Shown in pieces: positions 26,516 to 36,448 of a stretch of 64,000 nt of DNA. Positions within the stretch are counted from its first letter, which is position 1, and the number at the start of each line of letters is the position of its first letter. Both the position numbers and the translations under genes were made by a program. The notes under the pieces are model-generated. The model saw nothing but the letters and a program-made list of their open reading frames with translations. It had not been told where the DNA came from and ran no database searches. Source of the stretch: Candidatus Anstonellales archaeon (lineage in GTDB: Archaea > Micrarchaeota > Micrarchaeia > Anstonellales > J096); assembly GCA_038890745.1 (NCBI GenBank), contig JAWAFD010000005.1, forward strand, positions 8,817 to 72,816, read 5' to 3'.

Positions 26516-27100
26516 ATGGCGAACCCATTTACTAAAAAAGAAGAGGAGGTAAAAGCTCCTCCTGCTGCAAAGAAAAAAAGGACATATGAACTCGCTGTGG
26601 ATGAGGAGGAGGCAGAAATAAAGAAGCTGGACATAGATGATTTTGAGGATGTAATTTCCATAATGAGAAGGGCCATGTTTGAGATAGGGAAGGCAGAGGC
26701 AAAGCAGATTGAAGAGATCCTGAAGCTTGGTGCGAGCTATGGTGCGTATGTGGACAGGATGCTTGTTGCTGTTGGTTTGGCATGGCCCATATCTTTTGAC
26801 AGAGCAACAAAAGTAATAGGAAAAGGACCGGCTAATGCCCTGTATTTAGAGGATGTTGCGCTTTTGCTTGCTTATGAAGGGAAAGGAATAAGACAGAAAC
26901 TTGTTAAAGCAAGGGAGGATGAAGCAAGGGCACTTGGGCTGAAATATGTAGTTGCGATAGCGAGCGAGGAGGTACCCAAGGAGGAGAATGTAATAGAGGT
27001 AATAAAAGAAAGGGGAACAAAAATAGAAAAGGTTTATTTGGAGAGAGGGTATAGTTTTTTCAAATCAAAAATAGGGTTGATTGCATTTAAGGAAGTTTAG
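26516..27100 (+). CDS. Hypothetical protein
   Basis: Intact 194-aa ORF with RBS-like GGAGG upstream. No motif I can assign confidently. Confidence 0.4.
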   Translation: MANPFTKKEEEVKAPPAAKKKRTYELAVDEEEAEIKKLDIDDFEDVISIMRRAMFEIGKAEAKQIEEILKLGASYGAYVDRMLVAVGLAWPISFDRATKVIGKGPANALYLEDVALLLAYEGKGIRQKLVKAREDEARALGLKYVVAIASEEVPKEENVIEVIKERGTKIEKVYLERGYSFFKSKIGLIAFKEV

Positions 27101-27255
27101 CGCTACCGTCTATAAATTTTCTTTCTATGAGCTATTTTAAACACAAATATCGTTCTCTTGACTTCATCGATGCCGAGTATTATTCTGCAATCTCCGGCTC
27201 TGAGTCGGAACGCATCCAACCCAGCAATATATCTTAGTATACAAAACACTAAAAA

Positions 27256-28254
27256 ATGTTGCGGAACTTCGGCCAACAAAAGTTTTTATATCGAATGCAA
27301 CAAAATCTATCCATGGATTTTGAGTTTGCGGTTAAGTTTCCTTTCAGCAATGATGCAAAGAGGATAATAGAGGAGAAAAAACCGGAGATAAGAGATGAGA
27401 TAATAGAAAGGGCATTGGAAAGGTTGAGGCATGCATTCAGAACCGGCAGGGTAATGATGGGAACCCCAATAAGTTTACAGGAAAAATTTGAAGAGATTCT
27501 CATATACGCGGTTTCCAGGATAATTCTTGCAAGCGTAAACAATCCTTTTTTAACTAATAAATATGCTGTTGCATGGGCAAAGAGCGCTTATGAAAAAATG
27601 AGTTTCGAAGAAGCGGAGAGAATAGGGAAGGAGTTGGGAATAGAAAAGGTTGAGAGGGATGGGGAGATTTTTCTACCCATAGGGACGTATTTGGAGTTTG
27701 CACCCGAGGATGTGGCGTACTCCCTTGTAAATAGAGAAATTGATAGCGGGTATGTTAAGATAAAGGAAAGGGAATTCCTTAGGATCGTACAGGAGGGAGT
27801 TAAAAAACATCTTGAAAAACTTCCGCGTGGCAGGGTGAGGGATGAGAGAATAAAAAAAGCAGGGGAGCAGCTCTTAGAATTCCTCCCAAAAGTTGATGCA
27901 AAAACAACCGGCGCTATAAAAGGCGAGCACCCACCTTGCATAAAATCTCTTTTGGAGCAGGTGTATAAGCACGAAAACTTAGGCCATCACGCAAGATGGA
28001 GCTTGGCTGTTTATTTTGTGAACAAGCGGGTTAATACAGATGCAATAGTTTCCCTCCTCTCAAACCTTCCGGATTATAGCGAGAAAAAAACTAGGTATTA
28101 TGTTGAGCATGCGAAAAAGAAGGGGTATGTTATGCCATCCTGCGAAACGATGAGGGCATACGGGCTATGCGTTGCAGAATGCGGAATAAAAAATCCATTG
28201 AATTGGGGTAAGAAATATGCTGGAGGAAAGGGAAAAGAACTGGATAAAGAGTAG
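27256..28254 (+). CDS. priL: DNA primase large subunit PriL (likely start at about 27295-27313)
   Basis: C-terminal Fe-S type Cys cluster (CIKSL..., CETMRAYGLCVAEC). It sits immediately upstream of, and overlaps, PriS. The size fits archaeal PriL. Confidence 0.6.
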   Translation: MLRNFGQQKFLYRMQQNLSMDFEFAVKFPFSNDAKRIIEEKKPEIRDEIIERALERLRHAFRTGRVMMGTPISLQEKFEEILIYAVSRIILASVNNPFLTNKYAVAWAKSAYEKMSFEEAERIGKELGIEKVERDGEIFLPIGTYLEFAPEDVAYSLVNREIDSGYVKIKEREFLRIVQEGVKKHLEKLPRGRVRDERIKKAGEQLLEFLPKVDAKTTGAIKGEHPPCIKSLLEQVYKHENLGHHARWSLAVYFVNKRVNTDAIVSLLSNLPDYSEKKTRYYVEHAKKKGYVMPSCETMRAYGLCVAECGIKNPLNWGKKYAGGKGKELDKE

Positions 28255-29284
28255 GTTCAGAAGGTATTACGTTAAGCATGAGCTTAAGCCGGATGCGGTT
28301 GAGCAGAGAGAGTTTGGGTATGGGAATTGGGAGAAGAAGATAGAGGCAAGGCATCTTTCTTTTGAAAATTCCGAAAAACTTAATGAATTTCTACGCGAGC
28401 ATGCCCCCCTTTATGTTTCCCGATCGACCGCATACTACGAGCGGCCAGCAGCCCAGCCGATGAACAATAAAGGATGGAGAGGAAGCGACCTTGTTTTTGA
28501 TTTGGATGCTGAGATGGAAATTTTTGACAGGGGAATTTTTGAGAAAGTGCGCTCTGATGCGATAAGATTAATAGAGGAGTTCTTGATCCCTGAATTTGGG
28601 GTGGATAAGAATAAGATTGCTTTAGTTTTCTCCGGGAATAGAGGGTTTCATGTCCATGTTTTTGATGAGAGGTTTAGGATGCTTGGGAGAGAAGCAAGAA
28701 GAGAGATAGCCTCCTACCTGGCTGGCATTGGCCTGGATTATAAAAAATTTTTTGATGTGGATAAGAAAAGCAAAAAAATACTAGGACCAACACCAAAGGA
28801 AGCAGGGTATAGAGGAAGGTTTGCGAGAATGGTTATAAAAACGCTTGAAACAGAGCCGGAAAAAATAAGCAGAATTTTTAACGAGGAGAATGAAAAGAAG
28901 AGGTTTGTCAAAGGTATTGAAGAAGGCGTGTGGAGCAGAACAAGGCTACCAAAAGTTATCGCGAGGTTGGATGGAGTTGCGAAGGAGCTTCCTGTAAAAA
29001 GCATAAATGTTGATGTTGGGGTTACTCAGGATACATCAAAATTGATAAGGCTGCCCGGCTCCCTCCATGGTTCAAGTGGACTAATAGTTCTACCAACAAA
29101 TACATACGATATAGAAATAGAGGATGCGATTGCATTCAGAAAGGAAAGAGTAAAGATAAAGCTGAAGGAAAGCGTGAGTGTGGAAATAGGCGAGGGAATA
29201 AAGGCTGAAAAGGGTATGATTGTTGATGTGCCCGAATACCTCGCCCTCTATCTTTTATTAAAAAACAAAGCAAACTTACTCTGA
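28217..29284 (+). CDS. priS: DNA primase small (catalytic) subunit PriS
   Basis: Motifs LVFDLDAE (DxD), SGNRGFHVHV and RLPGSLHGSSGL are typical of archaeo-eukaryotic primase PriS. Confidence 0.85.
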   Translation: MLEEREKNWIKSRFRRYYVKHELKPDAVEQREFGYGNWEKKIEARHLSFENSEKLNEFLREHAPLYVSRSTAYYERPAAQPMNNKGWRGSDLVFDLDAEMEIFDRGIFEKVRSDAIRLIEEFLIPEFGVDKNKIALVFSGNRGFHVHVFDERFRMLGREARREIASYLAGIGLDYKKFFDVDKKSKKILGPTPKEAGYRGRFARMVIKTLETEPEKISRIFNEENEKKRFVKGIEEGVWSRTRLPKVIARLDGVAKELPVKSINVDVGVTQDTSKLIRLPGSLHGSSGLIVLPTNTYDIEIEDAIAFRKERVKIKLKESVSVEIGEGIKAEKGMIVDVPEYLALYLLLKNKANLL

Positions 29285-29668
29285 TTTTTTCTGCATCCTC
29301 AACCTTGGTGGAATAAGGGGTGGCGCGGTGTTCAGGACCTTCGCAATTATCGTTCCATTCGCCGCCCCCATAAAATTAATATTATTCAAAGCTACTTCCA
29401 TGTATTCATCCGGAAGCTTCTTGTCCTTTTTCCATGCATCAAGAATTGCTTTTTTTGTTTTTTCATTCTCCTTTGCGAATATCGTTCCACCTATCTTTAT
29501 CTCCCCGGCATCCTCTCTGTAAGCCGCGATGTACTCGTAATCTATCTCAATCATATCCTCGTTCTTGCTTTCCCGCACATCCTTGAAACCTATCCTTATG
29601 TCCAGTCCTTTTATCTCTTTTTCTCCTCTCTTAGCCTCTATGGAGCTTACCCTGTTTCCAACTATCAT
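29276..29668 (-). CDS. Hypothetical conserved small protein (130 aa)
   Basis: Clean ORF with no motif I can assign. Confidence 0.35.
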   Translation of the reverse strand: MIVGNRVSSIEAKRGEKEIKGLDIRIGFKDVRESKNEDMIEIDYEYIAAYREDAGEIKIGGTIFAKENEKTKKAILDAWKKDKKLPDEYMEVALNNINFMGAANGTIIAKVLNTAPPLIPPRLRMQKKSE

Positions 29669-29733
29669 ACGCTCACCTCTTTTGTTTATGTAAGCATTAT
29701 TATTAAAAACCTTCTCAAATGCAAATTTAAAAC

Positions 29734-30747
29734 ATGTCCAACATAATTCTTGGGCTTACGGGTGAGAACTGCTCCGGAAAAACAACTGTTGCTGAGTACT
29801 TAAAGAAAAGGGGCTTCTACTACCTTTCACTCTCTGATGTAATAAGGGAGGAGGTTACAAAGGAAGGAATGTCGCTTACAAGAGAAAACTTGGTGAAAAA
29901 AGGGAATGAGATGAGGAAAAGGTTTGGGGAGGGGGTTCTTGCAAAACTTACAATAAAGAAAATGGAGAAGGGTAAGAATTATGTTGTGGACTCAATAAGG
30001 AATCCGGGTGAGGTTGAGGAGCTTAAAAAACTGAAGAATTTTTATTTGATATATGTTAATGCTCCGGCTGAGGTTAGATTTGAGAGGATAAAGAAAAGGG
30101 GAAGGGAAGAAGACCCGCAAACCTTGGAGGAGTTTTTGAAACTAGAGAAGATGGAGGAGGAGAGCAGGGAGAGTTATAAACAGCAATTGAAAAAAACTGC
30201 GAAAATGGCTGATTTTACAATTCTAAACGATTCCACTTTGGAGAGGTTACAGGATAGCGTTGATGGTGTTTTGAAAAATATTCTTGGAAGGTTTGAATTT
30301 GAAAGGCCGGTTTGGGATGAGTACTTTATGAATATAGCGAAGGTCGTTTCTTCCCGAGCTAATTGCATAAAAAGGAAGATAGGTGCTGTTATTGTGAAGG
30401 ATAAGAGAGTAATAAGCACGGGCTACAACGGAACTCCGAGAGGGGTTAAAAACTGCTATGAGGGAGGATGCCCTAGGTGCAATTCGTTTAGCGAGAGCGG
30501 AAAAAACTTAGAATCCTGTTTTTGCGCGCATGCTGAAGAGAACGCAATCGTCCAGGCAGCATACCATGGGGTAAGCGTGAAAGGAGGGGTGCTTTACACT
30601 ACATACTCCCCTTGTCTATATTGCGCCAGAATGATAATAAATGCTGGAATTGTTGAAGTTGTTTATAATGAGCAGTATCCCCTTGCTGAGGACGCGCTTG
30701 AGTTGTTGAAAGCCGCTGGGGTAAAAGTAAGGGGGATGAGGGTTTAA
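29734..30747 (+). CDS. Fusion protein: N-terminal P-loop nucleotide kinase domain + C-terminal dCMP/cytidine deaminase domain
   Basis: The N-terminus has GLTGENCSGKTT (Walker A, dNMP/dephospho-CoA-kinase-like). The C-terminus has CAHAEENAI (H-A-E zinc/catalytic motif) and PCLYCARMI (PCxxC), the deoxycytidylate deaminase signature. Confidence 0.7.
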   Translation: MSNIILGLTGENCSGKTTVAEYLKKRGFYYLSLSDVIREEVTKEGMSLTRENLVKKGNEMRKRFGEGVLAKLTIKKMEKGKNYVVDSIRNPGEVEELKKLKNFYLIYVNAPAEVRFERIKKRGREEDPQTLEEFLKLEKMEEESRESYKQQLKKTAKMADFTILNDSTLERLQDSVDGVLKNILGRFEFERPVWDEYFMNIAKVVSSRANCIKRKIGAVIVKDKRVISTGYNGTPRGVKNCYEGGCPRCNSFSESGKNLESCFCAHAEENAIVQAAYHGVSVKGGVLYTTYSPCLYCARMIINAGIVEVVYNEQYPLAEDALELLKAAGVKVRGMRV

Positions 30748-30795
30748 AAGTTAGGTTTATAAATAGTTTATAGGAAAAATAAATATGGTGATTGT

Positions 30796-32466
30796 ATGGC
30801 AGAACCAAAAGAAAAATATCCTGTTGCGATAATGCCTGCAGATGCATTAGCATATGCTGAACCAAAACAAAAAAAGAGGATAAAAGAACAAAAAGAACAG
30901 CCAAAAAAAGAGATTAAAAAAACATATAACGAATTGAAGGTGGGCGATGAGGTTATTGTTTCCACTGATATGGGCGGTCCTTTTGGTAGGTATGATTTTC
31001 ATGGAAAGGTCGTAAAAGTTACTGATTATGCGGTAATGATTGAAGCTCCTGTTACTGAGGAATGGAGAAATTATTGGAAGGCAACTCTGCACAGCATGGC
31101 TCCAATACTACCAGTACCCTACTCTATACTCTTAGGGGAGCTTGGCACAGACCCGTTTGGTTTTTGGGACTGGATGAAAAAAAATGCCGCGGATAAATTA
31201 GGAGGATGGGCATCTAGGATCGAAGTAAGACCAACAAAAAAGGGATCTGTTTTGAGATATATTCTATACAAAGGCGATATTGAGAAGGGATACGTAAAAG
31301 AGTTGAAAGTCGGGGGGGAAGCAAAAACTTATCCTGGTGAATATGGTGGCAAGCCAATCCCAGCACCCGAAATGTTAAAGGAAGAAAAGCCAAAAAAAAC
31401 CGGGGTAGGAGGGGCAAGACCAAGGGTCGGAAGAAAGGCGGTTTCAAAAACTGAAATTGAAGAACTTGAGGGAAAAACAACAGAAGAACTTTTCAGCATG
31501 ATTACACTGCAGTATGATGTGCCTGGAAAGTATAAGGGGTACAGCTATATGGGCGGTGCGAATGGTTTGCAGAGCGGGATAGAAGTTGCAATTGTCCAAA
31601 TTTTGGCAAACAGACTTTTTGGAGCAAATTTACTGGTAAATGGAGTGTATGATGCAGAAACCATGGCTGCTGTTAAAGCACTCCAAGGAAGGGTAGGGGT
31701 TACGCAGGATGGGTATTTTGGAATTGATACCAAAACTGCACTTGGGGAATACTTAAAAATGAGGGCACCACCGAAAGAAGAGGAAGGGGAAGGGGGAGCT
31801 CCACCGGGAGAAAAACCAGTTGCTCCAACTCCAGGAGAAGCCGTGTTAGGAAGATTTGTCTTTACAAGAGAGATTGATAGGGATTACGTAAAACCACCGA
31901 AAGGACCAACCCAACTGATGGACGAAAATTTCTATGTCAAGACAGATAGTGGATGGCTGACCGCAAAGGAGCTAGTAAGAAAAGACCTAAATGAAATAGA
32001 CAAAAACTGGGAGACAGATAAGGCCACAGCTGCAACTGTGGCATCAAAGGAGAACTGGAATACTAGAACGCTAACCAGAAAAAATATTGGTGTATTCTCT
32101 TGGGCAAACACAAAAAAAGTTTTATTCCCATACCTATATGCAAGTGGACAGATGGTTGAATTTAGAACATGGGAACCACTGGAAATCAAAAATGAGGAAG
32201 GAGAGGTAGTATTAAGAGTAGCTGCTGGGCAAGTTGTGCAAGGAGTAATCAGAGAATATGATGAAGGAGGAAAGGACGGGAGTATTACAATGGAGGTTAC
32301 CGCAGTATTAGATGATTTTACTGTTAATGGAGGAAAGCCAATAAAACCCAGCGGGGAAGAAACCAAACCCTCACCTGCTGTTGCAGCTATACCTACACCT
32401 ACGGTTGCAGAAGGGGAGGAGGTATCTGATTTGCCGCCTCCGGCAGCAGAAAGGGACTATTCTTAA
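30796..32466 (+). CDS. Protein with peptidoglycan-binding-like domain (PG_binding_1-type), otherwise uncharacterized
   Basis: Residues about 260-310, GVYDAETMAAVKALQGRVGVTQDGYFGIDTKTALGEYL, match the PG_binding_1 pattern (T..AV.A.Q...G...DG.FG..T..AL). No signal peptide. Confidence 0.5.
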   Translation: MAEPKEKYPVAIMPADALAYAEPKQKKRIKEQKEQPKKEIKKTYNELKVGDEVIVSTDMGGPFGRYDFHGKVVKVTDYAVMIEAPVTEEWRNYWKATLHSMAPILPVPYSILLGELGTDPFGFWDWMKKNAADKLGGWASRIEVRPTKKGSVLRYILYKGDIEKGYVKELKVGGEAKTYPGEYGGKPIPAPEMLKEEKPKKTGVGGARPRVGRKAVSKTEIEELEGKTTEELFSMITLQYDVPGKYKGYSYMGGANGLQSGIEVAIVQILANRLFGANLLVNGVYDAETMAAVKALQGRVGVTQDGYFGIDTKTALGEYLKMRAPPKEEEGEGGAPPGEKPVAPTPGEAVLGRFVFTREIDRDYVKPPKGPTQLMDENFYVKTDSGWLTAKELVRKDLNEIDKNWETDKATAATVASKENWNTRTLTRKNIGVFSWANTKKVLFPYLYASGQMVEFRTWEPLEIKNEEGEVVLRVAAGQVVQGVIREYDEGGKDGSITMEVTAVLDDFTVNGGKPIKPSGEETKPSPAVAAIPTPTVAEGEEVSDLPPPAAERDYS

Positions 32467-35366
32467 TCCTTTATTTTATATATTTTTACATTCTCATCCG
32501 GAGTAGTGTAAACAAGTTCAAACCCATCGAGCTCTTTCAGGAAAAATCCTTTGTATAGATTAGAATCATAAAACCTTCCTTTTCTATCCTTCCATCCATC
32601 CACAACCGTTCCGTTCTCAAGCCAAACCTTATCCTTTGTGTACACAAGGGTATAAACATCATACCCGCCAGATGAGGTTTTTCCATCATACAAAAGGAAT
32701 GCCTTATTTAGGAGGAGCTCGCCTGCTTCATTTTTTCTATCTAAATAGTATGTTGCAGGTATCTCGTTCCCATTCGCGAGCGTGGTTGTGGAGAGGCAGT
32801 AGAAAGGCTTGAGAGAGCTCTGAATGCCTGATGGGGTTTCAACGGCACTGATTACATACGCGATCCTTCCTTTCTTTCCTGTAACGGGTGAAATGGTACA
32901 TTCCTGATTTGAAACATACATCTGCTCCCAACTATTCTCAAATTCACACAAGCTTGAGCCAGGCCATTTTGAAACATCCGTAAGGTTTGCATGGGAGCAC
33001 GCCAAATAATTCAATGCCCCGAATTTTCCTCCAAAATGTCCTCCTGTGAATATTAGTTCAGAATCGAAAAGGGCATACTCTGCACCATACTCTTTCATCG
33101 TCTCTTTTAGCGCAGGCTCGCTTTCCATTATGAATGCATACGCAACATGCGTAATCATATCGTGGTAGGCATGCTCATTTCTTATCACGGCATTCCTCAG
33201 GGCAAAAAAGTTCTCCCAATGCCCATAATCCCACCAGCTTATTATTCTTGAACCCTCCGGAGTGTTGTGCCTAAGCCATTCCATAGAATCTATCCAGTAT
33301 GGGGCAACCCTCTGGCATCTTATGGTCGCGGCAAGCTGCTCTGATGACGAAGGAGAGGTTGGGTTTGAGATAAGAGAGTATACGCACAATCCATAATCAA
33401 ACTGGTAGTTTATTCCTTTGTTTGAGTATGCAATTGGGTCCTGGGCTGCTTCGCATGCTTGGGTTAACCCAAGGGAGCAGAGGTTTGCCATTTTTGATTG
33501 GAGTGCTAGGGGGTTGTCCTGAAATCTTACTTTATATGAATTGAATAGAAGCGGGCCTGTGTATGAAGCAGGGTCAAGGAAGCCCTCAAACAGAACAACA
33601 AAAAGCCCAAATGCAACGAGCCCATGGAAGATTTTTTTCTTAGAATTTTCATCCTTTGCAAAACCCGAGAGCATGTGCTCAAATTCTCCAAGTACTACTC
33701 CAAGAGACATGGCAAGAAAATATCCCATGTAGATTGTGTATTTTGCTTTTATTATGCCAACAAGAGAGACAGGAAAAACTATTGCAAGGAAAAGAACGAT
33801 TAGGCTGTCTTCACCCTTCACAAATTTTCTATAAAGTGCGTATCCAGAAGCAACGAGAACTAGAAATATGAAAAACATAAGAAAGCTCACATCCTTATCC
33901 TCATACACAAGCGAGGATTCGAATATTGTGTTTGCAATCCCAACACCTATGTGATACATGGTATTAACGAACGAAGTAAATATGCTGAAAAATCCGTACA
34001 AAACATCCTGTTCTGAAAATGTTTTCCCCAAAAATCCAAGAGAGCCGTAGAAGCTTCCTCCTGCAAGACCCTGCTCCTGGATTGTTCTGTGGAGAGGGAG
34101 TGTATACTGGGCGACTTGGAGGGAGTTTGAGGCAATGCTTTTGACAATATCGCCGAATGGAGTAAAAAAGAATGCTATCACAAGAACAGCCATAGCAATT
34201 CCTGCATAATTCATAATTTTTGATTTATCAAGGGAATAGGTTTTTTCAAAGTAGAGGAGAGCGGCCATAAACGCAACAACCCCGAAAAGGGCATAGCTCA
34301 GACTTCCGCCAAAATCAAAAACAAACCTTGCATTTGTATATGTTGAGTTAAGGGTTGAGGAAATGATAAGAGCAAGAAGGACAATTCCGTTTATGATAAC
34401 TGGCACAAGGCTTTTCTCCCCTTTCATGAAAATATGGATAGCATGAATTGGGATGAAAATTAGGAGGGCTGAGAGAGCAACAACTATGGAGGAGGAACCA
34501 AAGTATATTGCAACAATAGCAAGGGCTGAGAGAATGGCAAACAGCAGGTCTCTGTTTTTTATCGCGAGCGCGTAGGACGCAAAAAAGAATGAAACCGAGA
34601 AGAATGCATATGGCTGGATCTCAAACTCGCCTCCCATTGTTTTTATAACAAATATTGGGATAAAAGAAGCGAGGAACGCTGCAAGAAGGGAATATTCCCT
34701 TCTGTATTCTGATGATAGGAAGATGTAAAGAAAGAATACCGCAAGGGCTGCTGCTATGGGAGGGTAGATGCTGCAAACAGCAGAGAGAAGGTAATTATCT
34801 GCTTTTCCCCCCCATGTATAGAATGAATACCACTCCGCCTCCAAAAATGAAAGGACTGGCTTTACCCTGTGATGGACCTCATGAGGCCACCATGCTGTTC
34901 CATCATTGAAAGGAGCATACCCTTTTGTAAGATAGAGGTATGGCTCGTATGCATAATAGTAAGGGTCAAGCTCCTGATAGATCGGTCCATAGCTCTGCAA
35001 CCTTATCCAGAATGCGAGGATTACGAGTAGTATGATCCCTAGAAAAACCCATCTGTTTTCCATGGCTTCGTTTTTTATTCCGCTCAGTCCTTCAAACCCT
35101 TTTTTATAATAAAAAACTGCTATCGAGATCGCATAGAATATAAGGGTTGTGGTAAAGGCAAGGTTGAAAGAGTAGTTTATCCCGGCGAGCTGGGCAAGGA
35201 ATATAATAAGTGGTGGGAGAATGATCCCAAGCGCAAAACCAAACCCTATTTTTTCTATTAAAAGAAGCTTTTTTTCCTTAAGAATGCCCAGGGCAAGCAG
35301 AACGCCTGGAATAAAGTTTGCCAGAAATACCCATAGCAAAAGATAGAACGGATTGAACGAAAACAT
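32463..35366 (-). CDS. aglB: Oligosaccharyltransferase AglB (STT3 family)
   Basis: 967 aa. The N-terminal half is polytopic. The WWDYG motif is present (SWWDYGHWENFF). Confidence 0.85.
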   Translation of the reverse strand: MFSFNPFYLLLWVFLANFIPGVLLALGILKEKKLLLIEKIGFGFALGIILPPLIIFLAQLAGINYSFNLAFTTTLIFYAISIAVFYYKKGFEGLSGIKNEAMENRWVFLGIILLVILAFWIRLQSYGPIYQELDPYYYAYEPYLYLTKGYAPFNDGTAWWPHEVHHRVKPVLSFLEAEWYSFYTWGGKADNYLLSAVCSIYPPIAAALAVFFLYIFLSSEYRREYSLLAAFLASFIPIFVIKTMGGEFEIQPYAFFSVSFFFASYALAIKNRDLLFAILSALAIVAIYFGSSSIVVALSALLIFIPIHAIHIFMKGEKSLVPVIINGIVLLALIISSTLNSTYTNARFVFDFGGSLSYALFGVVAFMAALLYFEKTYSLDKSKIMNYAGIAMAVLVIAFFFTPFGDIVKSIASNSLQVAQYTLPLHRTIQEQGLAGGSFYGSLGFLGKTFSEQDVLYGFFSIFTSFVNTMYHIGVGIANTIFESSLVYEDKDVSFLMFFIFLVLVASGYALYRKFVKGEDSLIVLFLAIVFPVSLVGIIKAKYTIYMGYFLAMSLGVVLGEFEHMLSGFAKDENSKKKIFHGLVAFGLFVVLFEGFLDPASYTGPLLFNSYKVRFQDNPLALQSKMANLCSLGLTQACEAAQDPIAYSNKGINYQFDYGLCVYSLISNPTSPSSSEQLAATIRCQRVAPYWIDSMEWLRHNTPEGSRIISWWDYGHWENFFALRNAVIRNEHAYHDMITHVAYAFIMESEPALKETMKEYGAEYALFDSELIFTGGHFGGKFGALNYLACSHANLTDVSKWPGSSLCEFENSWEQMYVSNQECTISPVTGKKGRIAYVISAVETPSGIQSSLKPFYCLSTTTLANGNEIPATYYLDRKNEAGELLLNKAFLLYDGKTSSGGYDVYTLVYTKDKVWLENGTVVDGWKDRKGRFYDSNLYKGFFLKELDGFELVYTTPDENVKIYKIKD

Positions 35367-35399
35367 GGGAGAAAACAGAACAAAAAAATATTTAAACCG

Positions 35400-36428
35400 C
35401 TATGATTGGGCGAGCAGGAGCGCATCCTCTCTCTCAGCAACTTCTGGTTGTGTTGCAAACATATACGGAGATTTCACTCCGCTAACTATCGCAGTCACAA
35501 CAACACTATCCTCACTCATGGATGGGTTTACCCGTGCGCCGAGCTTAACCTCTGCATCAGGAGAAAAACTAATGGTCATGAGCTCGCCTATCCGTATTGC
35601 CTCCCCAAGGGTAAGTTTTGGGCTTCCCTCAACATGCACAAGGGCTCCTTTTGCATCCTCATAATCCACCTCCAAAAGTGGATGGGTCAGGGTATTTTTC
35701 ACGGCCTCTTCAATCTTATTCGGACCTCTTCCCTCCCCCAAACTTATCATGGAAAGACCTTTCCTTGCCATAACTGCCTTAAAATCGGCAAAATCCATGT
35801 TTAGCATGGATGGGAGGACTATAGAATCTGAAATTCCCTTCACCGCCCTTCCAACTATGCTGTCGGCAAGCTCAAACGCTTGATTGAGAGGAAGGTCTGG
35901 AAAATATTGGACTAGCCTGTTATTATCTATCACAACAACCGTATCACAAACCCCCATGAGTTTTTTTATACCCATCTGCGCTGTTTTTATCCTAGACCTT
36001 TCAAGCGCAAAAGGATAGGTGACCATTCCGATTACTATTGCTCCTTTTTCCTTTGCAACATCTGCAACTATGGGTGCAGCACCTGTTCCTGTTCCGCCGC
36101 CCATTCCCGCGCATATGAAAACAAGCTCGTTATCCCCTATTCTTTCAGAAATAAGCTTTCTGTCTTCCTCAGCGCATTTTTTTGCAACATCCGGCATCCC
36201 GCCTGCACCGAGGCCTTTTGTAATCTTTTTCCCAATAAGAATCTTCTCGTCAGCGTGAATGAATTTTAGATGTCTTGCATCAGTGTTTACTGCAATTGTT
36301 CGCGCGCTTTCTATTCCTGCTCTCTTCAACCTGCTGACCGCATTGCTTCCCGCTCCACCAACTCCGATCACTGCGATTCGCACATCTGCATTGTTCGCTG
36401 CCATCGGGATCACCGGTCGCAAAAACAA
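35400..36428 (-). CDS. ftsZ: Cell division GTPase FtsZ (paralog 2)
   Basis: Tubulin signature AGMGGGTGTGAAP. N-terminal GVGGAGSNAV nucleotide-binding motif. Confidence 0.9.
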   Translation of the reverse strand: MFLRPVIPMAANNADVRIAVIGVGGAGSNAVSRLKRAGIESARTIAVNTDARHLKFIHADEKILIGKKITKGLGAGGMPDVAKKCAEEDRKLISERIGDNELVFICAGMGGGTGTGAAPIVADVAKEKGAIVIGMVTYPFALERSRIKTAQMGIKKLMGVCDTVVVIDNNRLVQYFPDLPLNQAFELADSIVGRAVKGISDSIVLPSMLNMDFADFKAVMARKGLSMISLGEGRGPNKIEEAVKNTLTHPLLEVDYEDAKGALVHVEGSPKLTLGEAIRIGELMTISFSPDAEVKLGARVNPSMSEDSVVVTAIVSGVKSPYMFATQPEVAEREDALLLAQS

Positions 36429-36448
36429 AAAATAAAAAAGAAAAAAAG

